Of a stretch of 64,000 nucleotides of DNA, positions 35,513 through 47,770 are shown in pieces. The stretch spans positions 48,670,001-48,734,000 of the forward strand of contig OZ241832.1 of NCBI GenBank assembly GCA_965202585.1, written 5' to 3'. The DNA comes from Thalia democratica. Lineage: Eukaryota. The notes under the pieces are model-generated. The model did no database searches. It was not told where the DNA came from and worked only from the letters and a program-made list of their open reading frames with translations. Made by a program: the position numbers and the translations under genes. The stretch's first letter is position 1. Each line of letters begins with the position of its first letter.

Positions 35513-38500
35513 ATATTTTATTATTTCTGAGATATAATCATTTTTGTAAACACAAAAATATGGACCATAACTTTTTTATGACCAATTTTCATCAAAAAAT
35601 TTAATTCAATAAGATTATTTCTTCTACTTAAATTCAAAAGCAATTTATTTTGAGTACAAAGAAAATATAACTTACTTAAAAGTCTATACAAAAAATAAGA
35701 AAAATTGTATAATCAACAGAAGTTATTGAAAAATTTTTTTTTTTGTTTTTTACTAAAAAATCCAATTTATTATTAAATAAATATTAAACTGAAAAACTAA
35801 AGAGTTTTTCTAAAAAGCTAAAAAAGAAAAAGACTTACATTAAAATTGCAATTTTCTGTCTCTTTAACTTAGCACTTCTTAAAGTAATCTATAGCTGTTT
35901 TCAACTTTGTACTCATATATCTCAAAAACTAGTTTGCATTCTAAATCAACAAAAATAAATTGTTTGCAAAATTTAAAAACCTAACCCTTGTATGCAGCCC
36001 TTAACATAGTAGTATTTAAAATATGGGTAATCTACTACACCTTTTAATTAATGTTAAATGCTTTTAAGTACGGCAGAACATTTTTTTTTTGGTACTAAAC
36101 AAATATGATATAAGCAAAACTTTCTGTTTATAAAAGCTTCCCTTACTACTAACTTTAAATAGTTTCATTGAATAGGGAATTTTTTGGAATTTCGAATAAA
36201 ACAACTTTTTAGCTAAAAAACATTATTAACCTTAGTTGTTGTTTATCAAACTACTTTTAAGTAATATAAATTTCAAGTAGCTTTTTTTTTTGTTTTCAGA
36301 AGTTTTTTTAATACAACTTAAATAACAACAAAATTACTTATACAAAAATTTCAGTTCTGTTGTAATAATAACTAAACTTATAGAAAAAACTACTTGCTTT
36401 TAATGGATATTTTGTATCTTTCTTTAAAGAATTTATTATACATAAAAGGCTCAAATAGCTTGACTATATAACCAAGTCAAAATTGATTTTAAATTATTTA
36501 AATGGTGATATGTGCAAAAAGTGTTTAAAAGCGTCTTTTTAAAGTTAAGATCTTTTTTAAACCTTGTCTTAGGCTTTAAAAAAAATCTAGTTAATATCTG
36601 ACATTTTTATTACTTTAAAGGTTTTCGTTCTTTTTAGAATAAAGCTAAAGTAACATGAAAACTAAACAATAGGCAAGATTTAAAAATTGAAACTAGACAA
36701 TGGGCAAGATTTAAAAATACACAAAACATACTGAAAATTGAATCGACAGGATCGAGTTTTCTTTTAGTGAGTCTGTATGATTAAGTTAGTATAAAATTGT
36801 TTTGACTTTTCGCTGTTACTGAATAATTTGCGTTAGAGCTCTAACGCTTGAGCGTCATTACCCATTACGTTTCTCAGGAACTAAAAAACTCTATAAAAAA
36901 AGGATTTTTATTGTAACCGATTGCTGATCTTGGACATGAATTGTATTTATTTTTATGTTCAGTACTTTTATTAATCATTTTAATAATTATTTTTACTTTT
37001 GATTGCACTTAAACGAATGAAAAACGTCATGAATTTACTTTTTTTTTGTCACACCGATCAAGACCTGAAATCTAACTACCCAAGTCAAAACGCTTAATCA
37101 TCTTTCAAAAGTCACATTGAGTTTTGTTTAACAGAATATACACACTTACATACTTTAAAAAAAAGGAAAACTCTAAATTAATACTTGTTTTGTATACAGA
37201 CAGCTTCAAAATTTTTGTTTATTATACATTTAAAATTATACCTTAAAAAATTGAAAATAACTAGTTTAGCCAGTTTTTATACGCGTTTATATATTTAAAA
37301 ATTACATGATCATGATAGAAATCTTGAACAAGTTATTGACTCACTTAAACGATTAGAGTAAACATTACTACTGTAAAAAGAGCTAACATAAGACTAAAAA
37401 ATTGAGTACATTTTGCACTTTTATAATAGTAAGTAATTTTATAAAATGTTATGAATTTTGGACAAATTCTGGAGTCTGATACTCTTAAAATGCAACACTT
37501 GGTATAAGTACCACTAAATTCAAGGTTGTGAAAGTATTATTTTATGAAGTTAAAAACTTTTATTTTATAAACAAAAGCAAAAAAAATATTTGCACGTATA
37601 AATTAAATTTCAAAATAAGAAAAAAAAGTATTTGGTTTCGAGAATTCATTTATGTATGTAATAAGAAATGCTAAATTTGATTTATTATTAAAACTGATAT
37701 TAGTTTTTTTTCAAGTCTCACTGATTGTAACAAAATATACTAAACTATGATAACTCCTTTAAGTTAATGATGGTAAATTAATCATATTAACTTTTCTAAC
37801 TGACATTCAATTTTTTAACAACTATTATAAAAGTGAAACCTGATTTTCTGTTTGATCATTTTTATAACTATATTATTTTGTTGTTAAAAGTTTTTTTGCA
37901 CTAAGCTTAATTGATGTCTATAAATCAAAATAACTATTATAATCTGTCTTTTAATTTTTGTTTATTTTTTGAGGTTTTTTATAATAGTTGGATTTTATGA
38001 GTGTAGATTTTTACAATGCTTCCCTTTTTAAACGTTACAATGGCACAAACTTTTCTTAACTTAATTTCTCATAATATTTTACAGTATACCTTTTTACTTC
38101 TTTGTGATAATGTACAAGTTTTAAAACAACAAATATCATAAAAAAAATTGAATTTTCTTTTACCAACGGCACATTCGACTGCGAAGTGTTAGAACTACGC
38201 CGTTTAGTGTTTTTTTTTAAATTATAACTATAATTGTTTTATAAAATATTTTACACAATATTTCATGTATTTTTGATATTAATGAAGTTTAAAATACATT
38301 GAATTTTTTAACAAAATTTTTAGCAAAATAAAACATTTTAAAGCTTTGATCATTACGTCATCGGCAAAAGTATTTTTAGTTTCAATATATCTTCGGAAAA
38401 CTTTTTTATCGATCTAAAACAAGCGTATTTTTGTCCAACCATTTTGAATGTAAAATGCCTCGAAATATGGCCTTGATACGAACATACTGAAAGTTTCTAG

Positions 38501-39202
38501 TAATTCGAGTTTAATCTTAGCCTGTAGACATATTCTCAATAACCATAGTTTTATGCGTTTGATATACAAAAAAAGTTAACTTTTGCAAATTGTAATTTAT
38601 AATGTGAAAAAAAAAACTATGGTCTAAATGTAAGTGACATTTTGTTATGATTTTATTTCAATGAAACATTAAAAAAAATTATTTTAAACAAATAGCAGTG
38701 TCAACTTTTAAGAGTATGTAATATGTATACATTTAAGGGAGCTTTTTTTTCTAAAATATTCTATAAAAAAGCTTTATAAAGATTGTAATAAATAGAAATG
38801 TTTTTTCAATACTTTAGAAAAGCTTTTTATATTTAAATAAAGTTTAGAATATTTATCCCATTTAGTTACATTGCAATTAATATTTTTTTTTTAGTTTTTT
38901 TTACTACATACTTGGATAGAATAAGTATACAAATGTTTTAGATTATAAAATATTTAGAAATACCATAACAAAGATATCAAACATGTTCCAATATACTTTG
39001 TTTTATTCGATATTACAATATTTTTTGAAATAGTGGAACAGCGTCAGTGAGAAAAATATAAATCGATTTTAAATTTTAGTAACTAATTCATACTATCAAA
39101 TAAGCATGAAATTAAGCAAAACATTTTTTAGTTAATGCAAAAATAAAACTTCTGTAAAACAAGTGAAGCAGTTAAAAAGCAAAGAATCGAACAACCAACA
39201 AA

Positions 39203-39997
39203 CTACGAAAGATCCTTCTCCACCAAATTAGCCTCCAAGTAGTGCGTATCGCCATAGCACTTGCAGTGCACGTGACCGTCCTTGTTGATCTTCAGCCACG
39301 TCACGCTGCACGGTTTCATGTCGAACCTGTTCCACGCCTCCAGCGGCAGCTGCATCAGCAAGCAGAAGAGGAAGGCTATGACGTTCTTGTGCGCGAACAA
39401 AATGCGAAGCTCGTCCGTACCGTCGCACAACGCCTCCGACCTGTGAAACTCGCTTTTGGCGAACGAAACCAGCTTCATCCCGTTCCTCAGGTACTCCTCG
39501 TTGTTTTCCAGCACGTGGAACACGTCCTTGTTGTTCGGCGAAAACTCGTACGGAACGCACTTGTTCAAGAACGCGCTGGCAACCCCGCCGCACTGCAGCC
39601 CTTTCAGCCTGCTCAGCACGGAGTCTTTGGTGCCGGAAGAAAAAACGTCTTCGGCGTGCAAGATCTTGCTTATTTTCAGCTTCTCTTTGCCGACTACTCT
39701 CGCGACGTAATCCCCGCACTGCTCAGCTCTTTTGACACCGGCCGGAGACAGGCAGTTGCTGGCTGAAGCTGCTTCGGAGTTATCGGCATCCGCCACCAGA
39801 AGGTAGTGTTTTGTACCGGCGCCGTTGTTGTTGAAGTCGTACTTGCCGTCCCAGTTCCAATTCCACTGGTCATACGCAGTGTAGCCGACGTTGCTGGTCG
39901 CAAAGCAAGTCTTAGTTCTTTCGTCGAAACAAAGTTTTTTGATAGCCAAAGGAAGCAAAACACTGCTGCATCCAGTTAATACTCTTGTAAACTTCAT
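39203..39997 (-). CDS. PGAM5: PGAM5-like protein, predicted catalytically dead (paralog 1), 264 aa, intronless
   Basis: Retains WNWNWD (WDxNWD-type motif), L.P.G...AE..G.Y, FAHKNVI and LQLP.EAW.RF...PCSVTWL.I..DG.V.C.C.GD. The RH motif reads LVADA instead of LIRHG. Confidence 0.85.
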   Translation of the reverse strand: MKFTRVLTGCSSVLLPLAIKKLCFDERTKTCFATSNVGYTAYDQWNWNWDGKYDFNNNGAGTKHYLLVADADNSEAASASNCLSPAGVKRAEQCGDYVARVVGKEKLKISKILHAEDVFSSGTKDSVLSRLKGLQCGGVASAFLNKCVPYEFSPNNKDVFHVLENNEEYLRNGMKLVSFAKSEFHRSEALCDGTDELRILFAHKNVIAFLFCLLMQLPLEAWNRFDMKPCSVTWLKINKDGHVHCKCYGDTHYLEANLVEKDLS

Positions 39998-40539
39998 TCT
40001 TTATTCACTAGCCCTTAGGAAGTCTAGAATATTATCTAGATGAGTAAACCTGAAATAACGACATGTATTTTTTATTAGGCAAGCATATTGTAATCACAGG
40101 AACTACTAAAAGATCAAAAAAAAACTATATTTTGATTACTTACTGTTTTACATAAGCACGTTAGAACTAAATAAACCATTTAAGAAATATTCGCTTACAA
40201 AACTTCCAAATTATTTTTTTTATACTGATAAAGATATATATGAAATTTGTCTGTAATAAGTTGATAAAATTTAAAATAAAAGTAAACAACAAGTCAAATT
40301 AGGAGAAAATAAAAACCTGTTTTAAATCAAATTTTAAAACTCAATTAAAATCAAATTTTTTATAAAAATTAATCAGTGGAAAGCAGAATTGATTGCCTAC
40401 TTGAATGTTTGCTGTAATAGTATTGAAAAATAAAGATAGTCAAAAGATTGAAATAATTTTATAAGTTGATTTTATAACGTGAAAGAAAACAAAACAAATC
40501 AGTATGATATGCATTAAAGTTAGCGTATATGTTTATCAC

Positions 40540-41340
40540 TTATAACACATTGTCCATGGTTTTCATTTGGCTTGGAAAGTATCCGACATCGTCAAAACAT
40601 TTACAAGTGACATACCCATCCTTATCTACTCTTAACCACGTGATGCCGCAATGATAGTGTGCAAAATTAAACCAAGCGGCACAGGGTAGTTGAAGTAAGT
40701 GAAGCAATAAATAACGATTAACAGTGGCATGAGCAAACACTAAATGCAACCTTTCTTCATTATGATCAGGTCGTTTAAATATTTGTGAAGCAGCGTGATT
40801 CAAACGTCTTCTAGAATTTATCATAACCATTTTTTTTCTCCTAGTAAATTCTTTAGCAGCTCCGCCACTTCTGTCAAGTACTCTGCTTGTGATATAAGGT
40901 TCACACTCATTCAGGCCACTGAAAGCTTCTATTCCATATTCGCTTAATGGAACACCATTAGGATCTCGTAAATGGTTTTGAAGTTGTACAAACGCAAGTT
41001 GAGCAGTTTGTACTGCTCTGTGGACATTTGATGAAACTACCGAAGTTAGCCTCAAGTCAGGGTTACGAGCAAGAAAATTATTTAGATATTTACCCACTTC
41101 TGTTGCTTGTTCCATACCTTTATCACTTAATTTATTTGGTCTTTCGTTCATATGGTACTCACCGTGACGAATTAAAAAGTAGTTATTTGCTCCAGAAAAA
41201 CCACGAAGATGGTTTTTACCATCCCAGTTACTATTCCATTCCGCAAAACAAAGTTTGTTTTTAAATGATGAACAAGCAGAATAAAGTACAACTGCTTTAG
41301 CTGAAAGAAGGTAAGTCCATGTCTTAGAAAAACATTTCAT
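40540..41340 (-). CDS. PGAM5: PGAM5-like histidine phosphatase (paralog 2), 266 aa from the ATG at 41340, intronless
   Basis: WNSNWD, LIRHGEY, HRAVQTA, LNEC, FAHATVNRY, LQLP.AAW and GITW motifs. The start was chosen by alignment with paralog 3. Confidence 0.92.
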   Translation of the reverse strand: MKCFSKTWTYLLSAKAVVLYSACSSFKNKLCFAEWNSNWDGKNHLRGFSGANNYFLIRHGEYHMNERPNKLSDKGMEQATEVGKYLNNFLARNPDLRLTSVVSSNVHRAVQTAQLAFVQLQNHLRDPNGVPLSEYGIEAFSGLNECEPYITSRVLDRSGGAAKEFTRRKKMVMINSRRRLNHAASQIFKRPDHNEERLHLVFAHATVNRYLLLHLLQLPCAAWFNFAHYHCGITWLRVDKDGYVTCKCFDDVGYFPSQMKTMDNVL

Positions 41341-41705
41341 TTTAAAAACTCTGTTTTGGTAAGTACTTAAGCTAAACAAAAGTTACCACTAATTTAATTA
41401 AAACACTAATAATTTATGTGAGACACAAAGTCTATTTTTAATTAATAAATTACAAACATTTTTATACTGGCAGTTTTGACAGATAGTTACTAAAACGATC
41501 TAAAACTAATTATATAACTAATAGCTTGCTGTAAAAGCTTGAAAAATGTCAAGAAAGTTTGCTAAAAGACTAAAACCTTATTTTACATACAAATAAAAAA
41601 GATCGAAAATCTTTGTGCTTAAGCTTTTGTTAGGTAAGATCTGACAAAACAAATCAGCACAATACATATTAAGGTATACACACACACATATATATGTTTG
41701 TCTAA

Positions 41706-42491
41706 TTATTTTATATTGCATTGGGTTTTCAAACTTAATTTTAAATGTCCGGCATCACTAAAACATTTACAAGTAACATACCCATCCTTATCTACTCTTA
41801 TCCACGTGATACCGCAATGATAGTGTTCAAAATTATTCCAAGCAGCACAGGGTAGTTGAAGTAAGTGAAGCAACAAATAACGATTAACGTTAGCATGAGC
41901 AAACACTATTTGTAGTCTTTCTTCGTTATGATCAGGTCGTTTGAATATTTGTGAAGCAGCGTTATCCAAGCACCTTTTACTAACTACCATGTTCGTTTTT
42001 TTCTTATTTAATTTTTCAGCATTCTTAAGTATATCCGGTGAAATGTAAGGAGTACACTCATTCAGACCATTAAAAGCTTGTATTTTGTAATCATTCGCTA
42101 AAACACCATTTGGATCTTGTAAATGGTTCTTAAATTGTACAAACGCAAACTGAGCAGTTTGTACTGCTCTGTGGACATTTGATGATATTACTGAAGTTAG
42201 CCTTAAGTCAGGGTTACGAGCAAGAAAAGTATTTAGGTACTTACCCACTTCTGTTGCTTGTTCCATACCTGTTTTACTTAGTGCCTGTGGTCTTTTATCT
42301 GTATGGTACTGACCGTGACGAATTAAAAAGTAGTTATTTGCTCCAGAAAAGCCACGAAGATGGTCTCTACTATCCCAGTTATTTTGCCATTCAGCAAAAC
42401 AAAGTTTGTTTTTAAATGATGAACAAGCAGAATAAAGTACAACTGCTTTAGCTGAAAGGAGGTAAGTCCATGTCTTAGAAAAACCACTCAT
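41706..42491 (-). CDS. PGAM5: PGAM5-like histidine phosphatase (paralog 3), 261 aa, intronless
   Basis: WQNNWD, LIRHGQY, HRAVQTA, LNEC and FAHANVNRY motifs. Close paralog of 40540-41340. Confidence 0.92.
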   Translation of the reverse strand: MSGFSKTWTYLLSAKAVVLYSACSSFKNKLCFAEWQNNWDSRDHLRGFSGANNYFLIRHGQYHTDKRPQALSKTGMEQATEVGKYLNTFLARNPDLRLTSVISSNVHRAVQTAQFAFVQFKNHLQDPNGVLANDYKIQAFNGLNECTPYISPDILKNAEKLNKKKTNMVVSKRCLDNAASQIFKRPDHNEERLQIVFAHANVNRYLLLHLLQLPCAAWNNFEHYHCGITWIRVDKDGYVTCKCFSDAGHLKLSLKTQCNIK

Positions 42492-44554
42492 TTTAATTCT
42501 AATTCTGTATTAGAAAAATTTTTTACTGTTCTTAAATGCTAGAAAATTCAAATAAGAAACTATACAAATACAATGAATTTAACGTTAGCTAAAGACAGGA
42601 GTTTTTAACTAAAACATGAACAAAACGAAAAACTATTATACATAAATTCTATTAGATAACACAGCTCTAGAGTATAAAAAGTTAAAAAAAACTACATATA
42701 AAAACTTAAACTTTAAATATAAATTAAGTAAAACATTAAATAAGTATTGGAAACAAATAAACTTTTACAATAATTGTTGGATTGAAAAAAAAAGACTAAA
42801 TAAGTAACATAATGTTTGCACTATGGTCTTGGGCTTGACTTTAAACTGTTCTGGTGTATGACTTGATAACCAAAAAATTTTTTGTACACCAGGTCCTTGA
42901 ACCAAATTTTTTGAGCATATTTTTTTCTTTTACAATAAATAATATACTATAAATAACCGTTTCTGATTTTGATATATGCTATGAAATGTATATTTATAGT
43001 CTGTTTATGTATATATTTAAAAAAATATTTAGAAAAAGTCTTAGTTGCAAATCTACTGTAAAAACTAACAAAACAACAAAAAGCTATTTAGCATCTACAA
43101 GGACAAAAGTTCAAAGTAGATACTGAAACTAAAAAAGATTTTGAAAAATATATATATCACATAACTACCAAACTACACATGAGAAAACATAAGATCACAA
43201 ACTACAACTTAGAATAGGAAATATTATGCAGAACCAAATCCAAACAGTACCATACTTATATAAACTCCCCAACCTTGAAAATTAAAGATACAATAAATTA
43301 ATTTAAAATATTTTTGAACAAAAGAAAGGTAAACCCTTGTTTACACAACTAAATCTTATTTAACCTAGTTTTTACTAAGCTACAAGATGCTTCTTACAGA
43401 TTTTAAAAACTGAAATGATTTTTGAGATATAGCCAGTCCAATGTTGGAGGCAACAATAGGTTCCTTACGGGAGGCGCAAACTAAAACACAAAATTAGATT
43501 ATTTCACTAAAAAAAGTTCTTTGTAAACCAGGTCCTAGGACCAAAAACTCTAAGCACCTTTTTTGTTGTTGTTTAATAAACTATATTACATTAAATATCC
43601 TATTAATATACAAAATAAATACCACGTTCCCTAAATTTTAAAGGTAATTAGTAAAGATATGAAATTAATAGTATTTTAAAGTTCTTTTTTTAAAGTTAAA
43701 TGATGCATGTAGAAGAGTTTCTTTTCAAAATTTTGTAATTTTAGACTGACATGCTTAAGTTTAGACTAAAATTTTTATAACCCTTGATAGTCGGTAACCA
43801 AATGGAATTATGACTTGATGAAATTATGGAGCCTATTAGTTTAGTTGCAAATGCATAGCCTTATAATAGGTGATTTTAGTTATTTTTTCAATTTATTTTA
43901 ATATATATGGCCTCTAAAAAATATTATCAAAATCTGAGTGTTCTGAACTTGAATTGTTATTCTACCACTACAGACATTATAAACATACTAATTTTAAAGT
44001 GCTAGGCTACAAAAATCGAATACTTATTTAGAACAAAGTTTGTATATTCATCTTAAATTTACACAAATATTCTCAAAACTATTTTAGAAATCCATAAATT
44101 TCCTATCACTTGTAATGACAAGTCCTGAGATTATGCCAATAATGTATAGATTTCAATAGAGTTAAGATTACAAAAACTAAATTCTTATTTAGAATAAATT
44201 TACAGTAAAACAGTCTTGGTCTTGTCAGAAAGTAAACTGATTATAATTTTTTTTAGAACCACATAGATTTTTAAGCATTTGTAGTGACAAATCCAGAATT
44301 TTGCCAATATTACCTTATTTTTTTTTAATTAGGCTACAAAATTTAACTTTTATTTGAAAGATATACATTATTTAATAATGTACTTTAAAGACCAGATTTT
44401 TGTTTTTCAAATTATTCATAACCTTGAAACATTTAAACTCATAAAAAATTATACTTTGCAAATATTATCAAAAAATCTGATTTAGCTTCATTTGACTGCC
44501 TGAAGCATATGAACCTCTAGTGAGCTTATCATAGATAAATAAGTAATGAATTAA

Positions 44555-45198
44555 GGTCACAGGGGGGTAAGCCATGTTTTTTACAAGTTGATATTATTGT
44601 AGAGAGTTTTTAATAAGCTTCAAGTTGCTTTCTACCACTTAAAAAATTTTGAATTATTTTTTGCGATATGACTGCACAAAGTTGGGCGCAAAATAGGATC
44701 CTTATGGAATAGGAGATCTAAAACAGCAAAAAAAATATTTTTATTAAAAATCTATCCCCTCCTACATTTTTCTAGCAATCTTCTTCAAACTTTCACAGTC
44801 TAATCTTAAACACTAAAAAAATTTAAAGTTAAAACACCCTTTTTGATAAAAAAAGACTTTTTTTTTAATTTTTGTCATCAAACTTTTATGTTTTTTATTT
44901 ATCAAAACTCATAAGTAACTTTTTTTTTATTATATAAGGAATATTTCCTAAAAATTTGAAGAAATAAGCTTAAAAAATTAAGGAGGAGATAGATTTTTTG
45001 AAAGAAAATTGACCTCAAAAAATTTGTGGTCCATACGTTAGTATGGAAACTTTTTACAAAATATAAAATATCTCAAAAGTTAAAAGATATTTTTGAATTC
45101 TATTAAAACTGGCTTGCAGTTTTTACTTAAAGCCTTCATACTAAAGCCAAAGTTAATTTTTTTAAAATAAAGTGTTGGAATCCCTCCCCCTATGGCCT
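44555..45198. mobile_element. About 640-bp MITE related to the 30645-31286 family
   Basis: Imperfect TIRs GGTCACAGGGGGG / CCCCCTATGGCC with TTAA-like flanks. Internal inverted segments at about 44740-44800 and about 44945-45000 share AATAGGATCCTTATGG and GGAGGAGATAGATTTTT motifs with the family. Confidence 0.55.
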
Positions 45199-47529
45199 TT
45201 ACTAACTGCTTAAGTCTGCTTTACTAACTGCCTAAAAAAAAGAATCTTGTAGAGGAATGTAAACAAAACTAAACAGAAGGATGACAAAATGTTTTTCACA
45301 AGGATGGCATAAAAATAAAAATGCCAGTTTAAAAATGTTTTCAGAACCAAATTATATGTCCGTTTTATTTTAATTAGACTCAAACTATACTTAGAACTTT
45401 GTTAGATAATTTATATTTAAATATTAAAACTGATCATATGGCAAAAATTTTTAATCTGCCAAACCAAGACTGCTGGCTGTATTTTGTTAACCCCTAGTCT
45501 TTTAAAAAAGTAAGTAACAGGTTGGCTACTGTTTTTTTAGATTTTTTTCCTGGTTTTAAGCAGAAGTTATATTTTTTTCCTCTTGTAGTATATAACTAAA
45601 TTTAAGAGCATAGGGGTGTAAGGCACTTTTTTAAATGTAGACTTTACTTTAAAGATCTTTAATTTAGCTAACAGTTGCTTTTTACTATTTCTTATAAAGA
45701 AAATTAGTTTTTGAGATATAAGGGGACAAAATCAGAGAAACAAAAATTAAAAATATACCTTCTTCTACAAAATTTTAACTATCTTAAGCAAAATGTCTCA
45801 GTATAAATTTAATTTAATAATAAAGAACCCTATTTATTAAAGTACTTTTTATATGTCTAGTTTTTTTTAACTTGGTCTATAATCTTTTTTCTATTGTTAC
45901 AACAGAGTTTTTTCTTGCTATGCAAAAAGTATTCCTAAAAATTTGTAATCAATAGCTTAAAAATAAAGCAGAAGATAACTTTTTTAAATTCCTAGTAAAT
46001 TGACAGTGAAAAAAAGTGCTCCATATGTTTGCACTGGAACGTTTTTAGAAAATTACTATGTCTTATTTTTTGTTTCAGTATATAAACTGACTTATAGTTT
46101 ATACTATAAGCTTTAATAAGAATAAATGTTACTTTTTGTAAAAAACAGTGCATGTCCACCTTATGTCCTAGATTTAATTTAACTTATTGGCTATACCCCA
46201 GCACAGCAAACCACCCGTGTAACTCATTAAATGTTAATTGAAGATATAATATAAACACTTTTAATTTAAATTATATTTGTTTTTATAGAATGTATATATG
46301 TTTTAGTATGTTAGTATATAAACGTTCTAAGTATACTATTAATTTATATTACTATCTACCCACGAGTACTTTATAAATGTACCTTTATAAAAGTATATTA
46401 TAATTCACCTTCTTTATTAATAAAATACTTATCTAAACACCTAAACTTATGTTTCATTGAAGAAATCTGTTTTAATTAAGTAAAAAATTTAGTTTTATCA
46501 GTATCAATTTAGATTAAGTCTGTTATCCATTAACCATTTTCATACATTACCTGGTTCTGAATTAAGATATGGATTGTCTGTTTTATAACTATTTCTATAA
46601 AGATTTATATATTTAGGTTTATTTTTAATACTGTCTTTATAATATGTAGATTATTTATTTAGTTATAATAGCTAAATGCTTGTAAGGATTTAAAAAGTTA
46701 AATTAGTACATATTTAAGTAGCTCATTTCAAAATTATCAGGTTGTTTGTAGTTGGTAAACAGATCAAAAAGGTAACTATGTTGTTATGTAAATATTACAG
46801 AAACATAATAGAACATTTACTTTTGATAGCACAGATAGAAAACCCTCTGATTTTTCTTTGTCAACTTTATTTTTTCATCGATAAATTTAATATTTTATAT
46901 ATGTACTTTAAAACTTAAAAAAACCTAGTTCAATGAAAACCAAATTAATTTAGTGTAAAGTTCAAAAAAAAGTCCTTTTAAAATAGTGAAAGTATATTTT
47001 TTTGTGTACGAAATAATCGAGCTTCTTTTATCTAAGCTTTTTTTTAAAATCTAAGTATTAATTTTTGTATCAGACTTATAAACAAAAAATAAAACTTAAT
47101 TTTCAATTCTTTTTGTTTATGTTTTCAGTTAACTTTTTTTTTTTATTAACTGCTTTTATTTTTATTTTAATACTCTATTCATATGACATTATTCTTTTAT
47201 TTTTTATTTTCATGTTTCAAATAAAAATTTTTATAACTAACGGCTGTGTGTATACAGTATTATAAAATTTAGTTCGTAATTTTTTAAATTATGCTTGAAA
47301 TACATTTTTTTAGATTAAAGTTATATATATATTTTTAATTTTGCTAAAATAAGGTTTGTTTTTGTTTAAGTTTTGTTTTGTTTTGTATCAATAGATAATT
47401 GATATTAAATAAGGTTATTTTAATACAAATTTCCTAAACTATGTATTTTTTATATTTTTTTTACAATGTATAATTTGTTTTTAAGAAAAATTTTGAAATT
47501 TAATTTTACCTCACAAAAGTTAAACTTAC

Positions 47530-47770
47530 AAAATGACACCGTGCAAAACTTTCACTCATGAAAAAATGTCAAATTTCGTAAAAAAATGGCACCTGTGAAA
47601 AAGTGACGCCATCTAGAATAAGAATTTGCACAAAACTACAAATATTAAATGCTGATCATTCGTGAAAAATTAACTCCGTGCAAAAATAATGACTTGTGTA
47701 AAACCGACTCCAATTAAAAAATTAAGCCGTGAAAAAGTGCTGCAGCACTGTGTAAAAGTGAGATGCAAAA
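47530..47770 (+). repeat. Degenerate array of CGTG(C/A)AAAA units resembling the subterminal array of the 6337 MITE
   Basis: About 8 spaced CCGTGCAAAA / TCGTGAAAAA / TGTGTAAAA units. Confidence 0.5.

Noticed and set aside
36715-36745. Weak resemblance to a remembered Hydra spliced-leader sequence
   Set aside because: The match is short and AT-rich, with no donor site or Sm-binding site downstream.
41341-41379. 13-codon N-terminal extension of PGAM5 paralog 2 given by the ORF track
   Set aside because: It starts at a non-ATG codon, and paralog 3 aligns from the ATG at 41340.
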